From contig CAVSGO010000007.1 of the NCBI GenBank assembly GCA_963727525.1, positions 544,001 through 608,000 of the forward strand: a DNA stretch of 64,000 nt. Direction: 5' to 3'. The stretch is from an uncultured bacterium (GTDB lineage Bacteria > Krumholzibacteriota > Krumholzibacteriia > LZORAL124-64-63). This document shows, piece after piece, positions 28,634 through 38,629 of the stretch. A program made the translations under genes and the position numbers. How positions within the stretch are numbered: the stretch's first letter is position 1; the number at the start of each line of letters is the position of its first letter. The notes beneath the pieces are model-generated. The model had not been told where the DNA came from. It ran no database searches and saw only the letters and a program-made list of their open reading frames with translations.

Positions 28634-30187
28634 ATGGCGCACTGGCGAATCTGGGAAGAGGAACTCCGGAGTTTTCCACACGGCGGCCGTCGCGCCGCAC
28701 TGTGGATCGTCCGGTGCGAAGGCGTGGGGGAGTCGGCGCCGCTGCGATTGATGTGCGGCTGGTCGGCATCGGGACAGGCGGCGCCTTTGCCGCTATCGCA
28801 GATGCATCGGACGGTACGCGCCGGCGTTCCGGTCGAGGTCCGCAGCGAGGCGCGCGTCGGTGGCACGACCGCGTGCCTCGCGTGGCCCCTGAACGATGGC
28901 GAGCGCGTCGCGGGCGTTCTGGCCGTGGCCTTCGATCCGGAGCCGCCGTGGTCCGACGCCGCGCGCGCCTGGACGGAGACCGCTGCGGCCCGACTCGGTC
29001 CGCTCGTGCACCACCTCGCGCCGTGGCCCGGCACCTGGATCGGCACCGTTCCCGAGATGCCGCCGTGGCAGCCGTCGCTATTCCCGCCGGACGTGCTGGC
29101 CGCCACGCGTGGCCGACGCGGTCCCCACACACGCGAGGGCATCCCGCTGCCGCGCCCTGCCTTCGTCCCGGGCCTTCCGGGCGTGGTGGGGACCAGTCAG
29201 GATATGCGCCGCCTCGGCGACCGCCTGCGCACCGTCGCCGCCAGCGAGGTGAACGTGCTGCTGCACGGCGAGAGCGGCACCGGCAAGGAACTCGTGGCCC
29301 GCGCCATCCACCTCGGCAGCGTGCGGCGCGACGGGCCTCTCGTGGGGCTGAACTGTGCGGCCTTGCCGGAATCATTGTTCGAGTCCGAGCTGTTCGGCCA
29401 CAAGGCCGGGGCGTTCACCGGTGCGGGCCGCGACAAGCCGGGGCTGCTCGAGTCGGCACATGGCGGCACGTTTTTCCTCGACGAGATCGGCGACATGCCG
29501 CTCGCGTTGCAGATCAAGCTCCTGCGCGTGATGCAGGAGCGGCAGGTGCGGCGCGTGGGGGAACTGGACAGCCGGCTGGTGTCGATCCGTTTTGTCGCGG
29601 CCACGCACAAGGACCTCGACCGCGAGATCGCCGCCGGCGCCTTTCGCCTCGACCTCTACTACCGCCTCAAGGTCGTGAACCTCGAGATCCCGCCGCTGCG
29701 CAACCGGCCCGAGGACATCCTTGTGCTCTTCGGTCACTTCCTGCGGCGCGCCGGCCGCGACCCCGGTGCGGTGCGCATCACGGAGGCGGCAGTGCGGTCG
29801 CTGCTGCGTTGGCGCTGGCCGGGCAACGTACGCGAACTGGAGAACGAGGCGGCGCGCTTCGCCGCGCTGCACCCGCGCGAGGACGTGGTGCGCCTCGAGC
29901 ATCTGAGCTGGGACGTGCAGTCGGGTGGCGCCCCGACACTCGACGCGCATGATCTCGGCACGCTCCGGCGCCTGGAAGAGGCCAGCGAACTGCTCGAACG
30001 CTACCTCATCCGCAAGGCCATTGCCGCCAGCGACGGCCGCAAGGCTACCGCGGCGCGCCGTCTTGGCCTCTCTCGCCAGGGTCTCTACAAGAAGATCCAG
30101 CGTCTTTTCACCGACACCGAGCGGCGCGAGATCCTCGGTATCGCCGAGAGCAACAAGGCATTGGAGGTGGTGTCGGAAGTGACGTAG
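28634..30187 (+). CDS. sigma-54-dependent transcriptional activator (AAA+ / Fis HTH)
   Basis: [45 protein letters not shown]-terminal HTH; no receiver domain recognised. Confidence 0.93.
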   Translation: MAHWRIWEEELRSFPHGGRRAALWIVRCEGVGESAPLRLMCGWSASGQAAPLPLSQMHRTVRAGVPVEVRSEARVGGTTACLAWPLNDGERVAGVLAVAFDPEPPWSDAARAWTETAAARLGPLVHHLAPWPGTWIGTVPEMPPWQPSLFPPDVLAATRGRRGPHTREGIPLPRPAFVPGLPGVVGTSQDMRRLGDRLRTVAASEVNVLLHGESGTGKELVARAIHLGSVRRDGPLVGLNCAALPESLFESELFGHKAGAFTGAGRDKPGLLESAHGGTFFLDEIGDMPLALQIKLLRVMQERQVRRVGELDSRLVSIRFVAATHKDLDREIAAGAFRLDLYYRLKVVNLEIPPLRNRPEDILVLFGHFLRRAGRDPGAVRITEAAVRSLLRWRWPGNVRELENEAARFAALHPREDVVRLEHLSWDVQSGGAPTLDAHDLGTLRRLEEASELLERYLIRKAIAASDGRKATAARRLGLSRQGLYKKIQRLFTDTERREILGIAESNKALEVVSEVT

Positions 30188-30374
30188 CACTGACGTGAAG
30201 GCACTCGCCCGATGACGGTAGTGGTGCCCCCTTGCCGGCCTCCACGTCCCCTCCGTGGCTGCCCGCCCGGCTGACGATCATGGTGCCGACACCACGATCC
30301 GGACTTCCGTGCTCATCATTGCCGCCATAAACCCTCGCTCGACACCTCCGCACGGTCGGGCTACCTTGCCGGGC

Positions 30375-31973
30375 ATGAATCGCGTCCAGACGCTGCCGCC
30401 GGAGCGCAAGGTGTTCTGGCCCGGGTCCGTGACCTGGGCCGCGATCGCATCGGGTGTGATGCTGACCACGGCGTTGCCACCGATGCGGCACACGGCGCTG
30501 CTGGCGCCCGTGGCGCTGGCGATGCTCTTCCACCTGGTGCGGGTGTCTCCTTGTCCGGGTCGCACGGCCTGGTTCTTCGGACTGGCCCACCAGGCGACGT
30601 TGCTCTACTGGTTGTTCTTCCTCGATCCCGCCAAGTCCATCCCCACGCGCGCGCTCGTGCCGATCCAGGCGCTGGCCGCCATCGCCTACTGTGCGCTGTA
30701 TGCGTTGCTGTTCGGCGTGGTGGCCGGCCAGGTGCGCCGGCGTCTCGGCGTCGCGGCGATGCTGGTGGCGCTGCCACCCCTGTGGACGGCAGTGGAACTT
30801 CTGCGCGGTGCGGGCGAGCTGGGTTTTCCCTGGTGCCTCGTCGGCAGCGCGTGGCTCGACACGCCGCTCATGCCGCTGTACGCGAGCAGCGGGGAGATCG
30901 GCGTGGGGGCCGCCACGGCGCTCACTGCGGCGTCCTGCGTGGCGGTGTTCGATCTCTGGCGCCGTCGCCCTGCCGTGAACCAGGCCGTGCGCTGGGGGCT
31001 CGTGGGCGCGGCCGTCGTCGCCTGGGGCGGGCTGACCATCGGGGCCCACTGGCGCGGCGATGAGCCCGTGCCTGCGTCGTGGCGCAGCGAACCGCTCGAC
31101 GTGGGGGTGGTGCAGGCCAACGTGGCCCTGGCCGACAAGTGGGCCGACGCTGCCATCGACTCCACCAGGCTTCCGTACACCCGCCTCACGGAGGCCGCCG
31201 CGGCGCACGGGGCCGGGCTCGTGGTCTGGGCCGAAACGGCGGTGCCCGCATACCTGCGCTACGAACGGGACCTCATGGTCTGGGTGCGCGATCTCGCGCG
31301 AGAGAACCGGGTGCCCATCTTCGCCGGCTTCCCCGACGCCACTCGCACCGAGGAAGGGAAGATTCTCCGCTACAATTCGAGCGGCTACTTCAGCGCCTAC
31401 GGTACCCTGCTCCTGCAGTACGCGAAGCACCACCTCCTGCCCATCGGCGAGACCATGCCCTTCGAACGCTACCTGCCCTTCCTCGCGCACGTCGACGTGG
31501 GCCAGGCCGAATGGACGCCGGGCAACCCGCCGGGGCCGTTGCCGATGCAGACGGTGCACGGGGAATTTCCCTTCGCCTGCCTCATCTGCTATGAGGCCAT
31601 CTTCAGCGACCTGGCGCGCGGGGCGGTGCGGCGTGGTGCGGGTTGTCTGGTGAACATCACGAACGACGGCTGGTTCGGCCGCACGTCCGGCCCGCTGCAG
31701 CACAGCGATCTCTCGCGCATCCGCGCCGCCGAGTGCGATGTCCCCGTGGTGCGCTGCGCCAACAACGGTGTGAGTTACATCAGCGGGCCAGACGGCCGCG
31801 TGCGGGCCGAACTCGGCCTGCAGGAGCGCGGCTATCTGCTCGAACCCGTGAGTCTGCACCGAGGCGATACCTTCTACGTGAAGGCGGGCATCTGGCCGGT
31901 GGTGGGTTACCTTCTGGTGTGGCTCGCGTTCGGCCTGGTGCTGGCGCGCCGCGAACCGGAGGTAGACCGTTGA
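30375..31973 (+). CDS. lnt: apolipoprotein N-acyltransferase
   Basis: TM region, GFPW, VQAN, WAETA, YAKHHLLPIGE, ICYE, NITNDGWFG, RCANNG. Confidence 0.94.
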   Translation: MNRVQTLPPERKVFWPGSVTWAAIASGVMLTTALPPMRHTALLAPVALAMLFHLVRVSPCPGRTAWFFGLAHQATLLYWLFFLDPAKSIPTRALVPIQALAAIAYCALYALLFGVVAGQVRRRLGVAAMLVALPPLWTAVELLRGAGELGFPWCLVGSAWLDTPLMPLYASSGEIGVGAATALTAASCVAVFDLWRRRPAVNQAVRWGLVGAAVVAWGGLTIGAHWRGDEPVPASWRSEPLDVGVVQANVALADKWADAAIDSTRLPYTRLTEAAAAHGAGLVVWAETAVPAYLRYERDLMVWVRDLARENRVPIFAGFPDATRTEEGKILRYNSSGYFSAYGTLLLQYAKHHLLPIGETMPFERYLPFLAHVDVGQAEWTPGNPPGPLPMQTVHGEFPFACLICYEAIFSDLARGAVRRGAGCLVNITNDGWFGRTSGPLQHSDLSRIRAAECDVPVVRCANNGVSYISGPDGRVRAELGLQERGYLLEPVSLHRGDTFYVKAGIWPVVGYLLVWLAFGLVLARREPEVDR

Positions 31974-32521
31974 GTCCGCTCGATCCCCTCGGCAAGGCCT
32001 TCCGCTACTGCCCGCAGTGTCGCGCAGAACTGGTGCTCGTGGACTCCGGAGGTCGTTTGAGGCCAACGTGTTCTGCGTGCGGATTCGTGCAGTATCTGAA
32101 TCCGGCGCCCGGAGGTGGCGTGATCCTTCGGCGCGGCGCGACGGTCTGCCTGGTCCGGCGCAAGTTCCCGCCCAAGGTGGGGCAGTGGACGCTGCCCACC
32201 GGTTTCATGGAGTGGGAGGAGGACATCGAGACCACGGCCGTGCGCGAGGCTTTCGAGGAGACCGGCCTGACGGTTCGGATCACCGGGCTCTTCGCGGCGC
32301 ACACCGGCGTTCTGCCGCCCGACATCCCGGTGCTGGTGGTGTTCTTCGAGGCCGAGGAGATCGGCGGCACCCTCGAGGCCGGTGACGATGCGGCCGAGGT
32401 CGGCTTCTTCGCCCTCGACGATCTGCCGGGCCCGATCGCCTTTGCCGCTCATCGCAAGGTGCTGTGCGCTCTCGGCGCCCGCGGCGTACCGGGAAGCCGA
32501 CCGGGAGAGGAGTCGTCATGA
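31970..32521 (+). CDS. NUDIX hydrolase with N-terminal zinc ribbon
   Basis: YCPQC...CSACG, YLNP, Nudix box GFMEWEEDIETTAVREAFEETG; TTG start overlapping the lnt stop. Confidence 0.88.
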   Translation: MSPLDPLGKAFRYCPQCRAELVLVDSGGRLRPTCSACGFVQYLNPAPGGGVILRRGATVCLVRRKFPPKVGQWTLPTGFMEWEEDIETTAVREAFEETGLTVRITGLFAAHTGVLPPDIPVLVVFFEAEEIGGTLEAGDDAAEVGFFALDDLPGPIAFAAHRKVLCALGARGVPGSRPGEESS

Positions 32522-33123
32522 ATGAGCGCCGCCCGCGCGTGGCCGTGCTGCTGTCCGGCAGCGGCCGCACCCTGAGCAACTTTCTCGAGCGCATCGCGGA
32601 CGGCTCTCTGCCGGTCGAGATCGTGGCGGTGGTGTCGAGTCGGGGCGACGTGCGGGGCGCGGCGATCGCGCGCGGGGTGGGCCTGCCGCTGGCCGTGCTG
32701 CGCCGCAAGGAGTATCCCTCGTTCGAAGCCCACAACCAGGCCATCGCCGACTGGCTCGCCCAACACTGCCCGGAGATCATCGCGCTCGCGGGTTACCTCT
32801 GCTTCTTCGTCCGTCCCTCCTGGTTTGAAGGCCCCGTCGTGAACATCCACCCGGCACTGCTACCGAAGTACGGCGGCCAGGGCTTCTATGGCGATCGCGT
32901 GCACGCCGCCGTGCTCGCCGCCGGCGACACCGAAAGCGGCTGCACGGTGCACCTGGTGAGCGACCAGTACGACCGCGGCGACATCCTCGCCCAGAGTCGC
33001 GTGCCGGTGGTGCCGGGGGATGACGTGCACGCACTGGCCGACCGAGTCTTTGCTGCCGAGTGCGAGCTGTACCCGCGCGTGCTGGCGGAGCTGGCGCAGC
33101 GGGTGATGAATGACGGTACCTAG
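32518..33123 (+). CDS. purN: phosphoribosylglycinamide formyltransferase
   Basis: SGSGR, LAGY, NIHPALLP, GCTVHLV, DRGDILAQ. Confidence 0.93.
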   Translation: MNERRPRVAVLLSGSGRTLSNFLERIADGSLPVEIVAVVSSRGDVRGAAIARGVGLPLAVLRRKEYPSFEAHNQAIADWLAQHCPEIIALAGYLCFFVRPSWFEGPVVNIHPALLPKYGGQGFYGDRVHAAVLAAGDTESGCTVHLVSDQYDRGDILAQSRVPVVPGDDVHALADRVFAAECELYPRVLAELAQRVMNDGT

Positions 33124-33226
33124 CTGCGGCCGTCGCCGAAGGCGTAGCTCGCCATGGTGCCGGCACCAACGCGGTGCAGATCGAGCAGGTCACGCTGCGC
33201 GACCCGGGCGCCGACCGGCGTGCCGT

Positions 33227-34384
33227 TCAGCGTGTGCGGACCAGCTTCCTGACGGCGACCTGGTCGCCGGCCTCGACCCGTAGGAGGTAGACCCCGCCAC
33301 CGACGCGGCGCCCGGCACGGTCGCGGCCATCCCACCGCAGGTCGAGGTCGCCGGCGGCGTTGCCCGCGGCGAGATCGGCCACTCGGTGGCCGGCCGTGTC
33401 GTAGATGGTCGCTTGCACCGCCACGGTCGCGTCGCCGAGCCTCAGGCGGAATCTGGTGCCGGTTGAACATGGATTCGGGCCCACGATCGTCAACCAGGGC
33501 GCGACGCCGCGAGATTCGTCGATCGCCGTCGGGTCTCGCCAGACGTCGACGATCGCCGGCGCCGCCACAGCCTGCCCCATGGGTGGGATTCCGAGCGCCT
33601 CGCATATCGTGCGCACGACGCTGAAGTGGTCGATGGTCTGGGACGACACGAAGTCCGTCTTCACCTGGTCACCGGCGAAGACCACCAAGATGTGGTTGTC
33701 CGTGACGTAGTCCTCGTCCCAGGTGAGGATGAGCAGGCCCGCCGGTCCGATCGCGGCGAGCAGCGGTGGCACGTTGGCGGCGAGCCAATCATCACCGACC
33801 GCCACCGAGCAGTCATGCATGTTGTGGCAGTTGTTCGGGACGACGAATACGAGGCGCGGCAAGTTCCCGTCGGCGATGTCCTGCGCCAGATCCGCGTACG
33901 GGCGCTCATTCTGATGATCGAGGTTGTCGAAGTCGGTCCAGGGGCAATGCCGCCGGTGGTAGAGGCCGCCGTCAAACGAGCAATCCGGCAGCCCCGGCGC
34001 CGGGAGATTCTCACTGTAGGCGCGCCACGCGATCCCCGCCGCCTCGCACGCGTGGCCCAGGTTGTCAACGCTGTACGGTACGCCTGCGGGCGGACAGGCA
34101 TCGTCGTCGATACCCATGACGTCGGCTGCCCAGAGCCCCAGGTAGTTCGGCTGCGAGGGGTGGGCGACGCCATGCGCGTCAGCGAACGAACTGCCGGCCG
34201 CGATCAGATCGGCAATGTACGGCGCACTTCGCACGTCATCGTAGGACTCGTTCTCCATGACGATGACGACGACGCGGTCGGCGGGCGGTACCGCCCGCAC
34301 CGGCGGCGCGGCGGCCAGTGCGAGTACCAGTACCAGCGCGCCCATCGTGAATCGGGTCCCCAACGTGATCGGCCTTTCCGGCAC
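33227..34384 (-). CDS. secreted phosphoesterase (acid phosphatase family) with FlgD-Ig C-terminal sorting domain
   Basis: VIVMENESY, HPSQPNY, NMHD, TWDED; tail PNP...IYDTAGHRVADL...WDGRD...GVYLLRV. Confidence 0.85.
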   Translation of the reverse strand: MPERPITLGTRFTMGALVLVLALAAAPPVRAVPPADRVVVIVMENESYDDVRSAPYIADLIAAGSSFADAHGVAHPSQPNYLGLWAADVMGIDDDACPPAGVPYSVDNLGHACEAAGIAWRAYSENLPAPGLPDCSFDGGLYHRRHCPWTDFDNLDHQNERPYADLAQDIADGNLPRLVFVVPNNCHNMHDCSVAVGDDWLAANVPPLLAAIGPAGLLILTWDEDYVTDNHILVVFAGDQVKTDFVSSQTIDHFSVVRTICEALGIPPMGQAVAAPAIVDVWRDPTAIDESRGVAPWLTIVGPNPCSTGTRFRLRLGDATVAVQATIYDTAGHRVADLAAGNAAGDLDLRWDGRDRAGRRVGGGVYLLRVEAGDQVAVRKLVRTR

Positions 34385-34458
34385 CGCGTTCCTCGAGGTC
34401 AGACGATCTCACGATAGTCGCGAATCGGCCGGACGACACGCGCGGTCGGGCGCATTGA

Positions 34459-34485
34459 AACGGGGCGCCACCGAGGCGCCCCGTT
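34459..34485 (-). terminator. hairpin downstream of nfnB
   Basis: AACGGGGCGCC-N5-GGCGCCCCGTT, short U run on the - strand. Confidence 0.55.
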
Positions 34486-34508
34486 CCTCTAGGTGTCGAC
34501 GCTGGACG

Positions 34509-35960
34509 CTACTCCGCCGGCTGCTGCGGATCCTTCGCGTCGCCCGTCATCAGGTAACGGTGCATGGCGTTAGCGGCCATGCGGCCGGCGCCCATGGCGA
34601 GGATCACCGTGGCGCCGCCGGTGACGATGTCGCCGCCGGCGAAGACGCCCGGCAGGCTCGTCTCCATGGTGTCCGGGTCCACGACGATGACGCCGCGCTT
34701 GGGGTCCTTCTTCAGCTCGGGGCAGTCGGCCGTGAGCACGGGATTCGGGCCCTGGCCGATCGCGATGACCACTGTGTCCACGGCGAACTCGCGGATCTTG
34801 CCCTCGACGGGGATGGGGCGACGACGGCCGCTCGCGTCGGGCTCGCCCAGCTCCATCTCCTGGCAACGGATGCCGCCCACGGCGCCGGTGCCGTCGTCGA
34901 TGATCTCCACCGGCGAGTGGAGCAGGTGGAAATCGATGCCCTCCTGCTCGGCGTGGTGGATCTCCTCGAGACGCGCCGGCATCTCCAGGCGGCTGCGGCG
35001 GTACACCAGGTACACGACCTCGGGATTCAGGCGCTTGGAGGTGCGCGCGGAATCCATGGCGGTGTTGCCGGCACCGACCACGGCGATGCGCTTGATCTTC
35101 TTGATGGGGGTGTCCGCGCCGTCGGGGAACTTGTAGCCGCCCATCAGATTCACGCGGGTCAGGAACTCGTTGCTGCTGTACACACCGTTGAGGTTCTCGC
35201 CGGGGATGCCCAGGAACCAGGGCAGACCGGCGCCCACGCCGATGAACACGCTGTCGAAGCGCTCGCGGATGGAGTTGAGCGACTCGGCCTTCCCGACGGG
35301 GTAGTTCATCACGAACTTCACGCCCATCTTCTTGAGGCCCTCGATCTCCTTCATCACCACATGCTTGGGCAAACGAAACTCGGGAATGCCGTAGAACAGC
35401 ACGCCACCCGGACGGTGCAGCGCTTCGAAGATGGTGACCTCGTGACCCTTGGCGACGAGGTCGGCGGCGGTGGTCAGACCGGCAGGGCCGGAGCCGATGA
35501 TCGCCACCGTCTTGCCCGTGGGCGGCGCGATGGGCGGCAAGATCTCCAGGTCGTGCTCGATGGCGTAGTCGCCGAGGAAGCGCTCGATGCGCCCCACGCC
35601 GCCGGGCTCGCCCTTCACGCCGAGTACGCAGTACTTCTCGCACTGCTCCTCCTGCGGGCACACGCGGCCGCAGATCGCCGGCAGGAAATTCTTCTCCTTG
35701 ACCAGCTTCAGGGCGCCGATGATGTCGCCCTCCTGGAAGAGCCGCTGCATGCCTGGAATGTCTACCTCGACGGGGCAGCCCGTGGTGCACGGCTTCTTCT
35801 TGCAGATCAGACAGCGTTGCGATTCGAGGGACGCCTCGGCCTCGTCGTACCCCATGGGTACTTCCTCGAAGTTGCAGATGCGCAGCTCGGGCGGTTGCTC
35901 GCGCATGGGAACCTTGGTCTTCTGGCGATTGATCTCGCGCTTCTTCGGCGTATCGGCCAT
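34509..35960 (-). CDS. NfnB/SudA/GltA-like NADPH-dependent oxidoreductase large subunit
   Basis: RCLIC...C...CP, ICGRVCPQEEQC, GSGPAG, YGIPEFRLPK, GAGNTAMD, FAGGDIVTG. Confidence 0.92.
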   Translation of the reverse strand: MADTPKKREINRQKTKVPMREQPPELRICNFEEVPMGYDEAEASLESQRCLICKKKPCTTGCPVEVDIPGMQRLFQEGDIIGALKLVKEKNFLPAICGRVCPQEEQCEKYCVLGVKGEPGGVGRIERFLGDYAIEHDLEILPPIAPPTGKTVAIIGSGPAGLTTAADLVAKGHEVTIFEALHRPGGVLFYGIPEFRLPKHVVMKEIEGLKKMGVKFVMNYPVGKAESLNSIRERFDSVFIGVGAGLPWFLGIPGENLNGVYSSNEFLTRVNLMGGYKFPDGADTPIKKIKRIAVVGAGNTAMDSARTSKRLNPEVVYLVYRRSRLEMPARLEEIHHAEQEGIDFHLLHSPVEIIDDGTGAVGGIRCQEMELGEPDASGRRRPIPVEGKIREFAVDTVVIAIGQGPNPVLTADCPELKKDPKRGVIVVDPDTMETSLPGVFAGGDIVTGGATVILAMGAGRMAANAMHRYLMTGDAKDPQQPAE

Positions 35961-35971
35961 GACGGTTCCTC

Positions 35972-36841
35972 CTAGCGCCCGGGCGTCTGCTGCGTCGGCT
36001 GATCGGCGGCCGCGAGCATCCGGCAGTGATGATCGTGGGCGGCGCGCTCCTCCGGCTGGTAGTAGCTGAGCCGCTTGATCAGTTCGTCGAAATCGACCAG
36101 GTGCCCGTCGAACTCGGGTCCTTCAACGCAGGCGAAACGCGTCTCGCCGCCCACAGTGACGCGGCAGGCGCCGCACATGCCCGTGCCGTCGACCATGATC
36201 GGATTGAGGGAAGCCTGGGTCGGGATCTTGTAGGGCTCGGTGGTCTTGCACACGAACTTCATCATGACCACGGGGCCGATGCAGATGACCTCGTCGATCT
36301 GTCGGCCGGCATCGATCATGTCCTGCAACGCGTGAGTGACCATGCCCTTGCGGCCGTAACTACCGTCGTCGGTGGTGACGATGGTCTCGTCGGCCAGCGC
36401 GCGGATCGCGTCCTCGAGGATCAGCAGTTCCTTGGTGCGTGCGCCGAGAATGGCGATCACCTCGTTGCCCGCCGCCTTGAGCGCCTCCACCTGCGGCCAC
36501 ACCACGGCGTTGCCGATGCCGCCACCGACGCAGCATACCGTCTTGCCGGTGGGGATGTCCGTGGCCTTGCCGAGCGGGCCGGCGAGATCGGTGAGCGCAT
36601 CGCCCTCGCGCATGGCGTTGAGGATCATCGTGGTCTTGCCGACCTCCTGCGCGACGAGCGTGATCGTGCCCTTCGCCGGATCGCGATGCGCGATGGTCAG
36701 CGGGATGCGTTCGCCATCCTCGTGCACGCGCAGCACGACGAACTGCCCGGCCTTGCCTCGCTTGGCAATGTGCGGGGCCTCGATCTCGAAGAGGCGCGTC
36801 TTCGGGGCGAGCTCGCGGGTGTGGACGATCGTGTTGCCCAA
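35972..36841 (-). CDS. NfnA/SudB small subunit (FAD, 2Fe-2S)
   Basis: GQFVVLR, ERIPLTI, GPLG, GGGIG, MVDGTGMCGACR, CVEGPEF; TTG start after AAGGAG. Confidence 0.92.
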   Translation of the reverse strand: MGNTIVHTRELAPKTRLFEIEAPHIAKRGKAGQFVVLRVHEDGERIPLTIAHRDPAKGTITLVAQEVGKTTMILNAMREGDALTDLAGPLGKATDIPTGKTVCCVGGGIGNAVVWPQVEALKAAGNEVIAILGARTKELLILEDAIRALADETIVTTDDGSYGRKGMVTHALQDMIDAGRQIDEVICIGPVVMMKFVCKTTEPYKIPTQASLNPIMVDGTGMCGACRVTVGGETRFACVEGPEFDGHLVDFDELIKRLSYYQPEERAAHDHHCRMLAAADQPTQQTPGR

Positions 36842-37034
36842 GGCGTGCTCCTTTCCAGACGGGTGACGCCGCCGCGCGTCGAAGCGTGACCAGCGACGAG
36901 GAATTCCCAGCGAAAAGTGGGACGCGTTCGGGCCCGTGGCAAGCGACGGACAATGTCGATCCTCTTTGCCAGGGTTGACGTTTGCCGGTCGCGCCGTAAT
37001 CTGGTGTGATCGTCCCAGCCAAGGAGCCGCGTGC

Positions 37035-37589
37035 ATGGAGAAACTGATTCGCGAAATCCTCGTCGGGATCGGCGAAGACCCCGAACGGGAAGGCCTGCTG
37101 AAGACGCCCGAACGCGTGGCGCGGGCCTATGGCGAGATCTGCGCCGGTTACAAGGTGGATGCCGACGCCCTCGTACAACAGGCGCTGTTCACGGCCGAGG
37201 GCAAGGAGATGATCATCGTCAACGATATCGACTTCTACAGCCTCTGCGAACACCATATGCTGCCGTTCTTCGGCAAGGCGCACATCGCCTATCTCCCGAA
37301 CCGCAAGATCGTGGGACTGTCGAAGATCGCACGCGTGGTCGAGGCCTTTGCCCGGCGCCTGCAGGTGCAGGAGCGGCTGACGGTACAGATCGCGTCGTGC
37401 CTCATGCGCAACCTCGACGCACTCGGTGTGGGCGTGGTGCTGCACGCTCAGCACCTGTGCATGATGATGCGCGGGATCCAGAAGCAGAACTCGGTGGCCG
37501 TCACCAGCGAGATGCTCGGCACCTTCGAGAGCAACCACAAGACCCGGGCGGAATTCCTCACGCTCATCGGCGAGAAGCCGTGGAACTGA
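37035..37589 (+). CDS. folE: GTP cyclohydrolase I
   Basis: [42 protein letters not shown]. Confidence 0.96.
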   Translation: MEKLIREILVGIGEDPEREGLLKTPERVARAYGEICAGYKVDADALVQQALFTAEGKEMIIVNDIDFYSLCEHHMLPFFGKAHIAYLPNRKIVGLSKIARVVEAFARRLQVQERLTVQIASCLMRNLDALGVGVVLHAQHLCMMMRGIQKQNSVAVTSEMLGTFESNHKTRAEFLTLIGEKPWN

Positions 37590-37729
37590 CTCGCAGCCGG
37601 CGTCACCGGTAAAAGCTCTTCACGGCGCTCCAGTTCGTGGACTCCACCGGGCTCGAGCTGTCGCAGTCGGCGTCGGGCCCCAGCGGCACGATCGCGTCCA
37701 CGCCGAGGAAGCATTGGGATCGACTCACC

Positions 37730-38626
37730 CTACGGAATCAGCACGAGTGCGGCCAGCACCACGGCGGTGATCAGTTCCCAGCGCGCGGTCGCGGCGAGCA
37801 GCCGATTCATGCCGGCGTCGAGGGGTGCCCGCAGCAAGCCGCGTTGCAGCGGCACGGCGAGGGGCACGAGCAGCAATGCGAGGAGCACGCGCTGGTCGGA
37901 CCACGCGATCGCCAGGGGCCAAGCCACCAGGTTACCCAGCGCCACCAGGATCACGCACTGCCAGCGGGCGAAGCCCTCGCCGAAGCGGACGGCGAGGGTC
38001 TGCTTGCCGGCACGTGTGTCGCTGACGATGTCGCGCAGGTTGTTCACGCCCATCAGGGCCGCGGCGTGCAGCCCCGGCGCGAGGCTCGCGACCAGGGCCG
38101 GCACCGTCACCTGGCCGCGCAACACCCAGAAAGTGCCCACGCCGGCCACGGGGCCGAAGAAGACGAATGCCGCCAGTTCACCGAGGCCCAGGCGGGCCAG
38201 GGGCCAGGGGCCGGCCGTGTAGGCGACGGCACCCAGGAGGCAAGCCGCGCCGACGAGGAGCAGCACGGGGCCGGTGCGGACCACGGCGTAGAGTCCCGCG
38301 GTGGCCCCGATCGCGAGCGCGATGAGGAAGCCGGCCCGCACCTGGTCCGGCGTGAGCAGGCCCGACTGCGTGACCCGGCGCGGGCCGAGGCGGTCGGCCG
38401 CGTCCACGCCGCTGCGCGCGTCGAAGTAGTCATTGGCAAGGTTGGCCGCGATCTGCAGGGCGAGGCCCACGACGAGGCAGGCGAGAAACAGGGGCAGGGG
38501 AAACCCGCCAGCCCGCGCGGCTGCTGCGGCGCCCAGGAGAATGGGCGCCGCAGCGGCTGGCAGGGTCTTGGGGCGGATGCCCAGCAACCAGGCGCGCGGG
38601 CTGGAGGGGCGGATGCTGGTGGACAC
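37730..38626 (-). CDS. menA: 1,4-dihydroxy-2-naphthoate prenyltransferase
   Basis: RPKTL, NLANDYFD...G.D, GLGE, NNLRD..SD...GK.TLAV. Confidence 0.92.
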   Translation of the reverse strand: MSTSIRPSSPRAWLLGIRPKTLPAAAAPILLGAAAAARAGGFPLPLFLACLVVGLALQIAANLANDYFDARSGVDAADRLGPRRVTQSGLLTPDQVRAGFLIALAIGATAGLYAVVRTGPVLLLVGAACLLGAVAYTAGPWPLARLGLGELAAFVFFGPVAGVGTFWVLRGQVTVPALVASLAPGLHAAALMGVNNLRDIVSDTRAGKQTLAVRFGEGFARWQCVILVALGNLVAWPLAIAWSDQRVLLALLLVPLAVPLQRGLLRAPLDAGMNRLLAATARWELITAVVLAALVLIP

Positions 38627-38629
38627 GGG

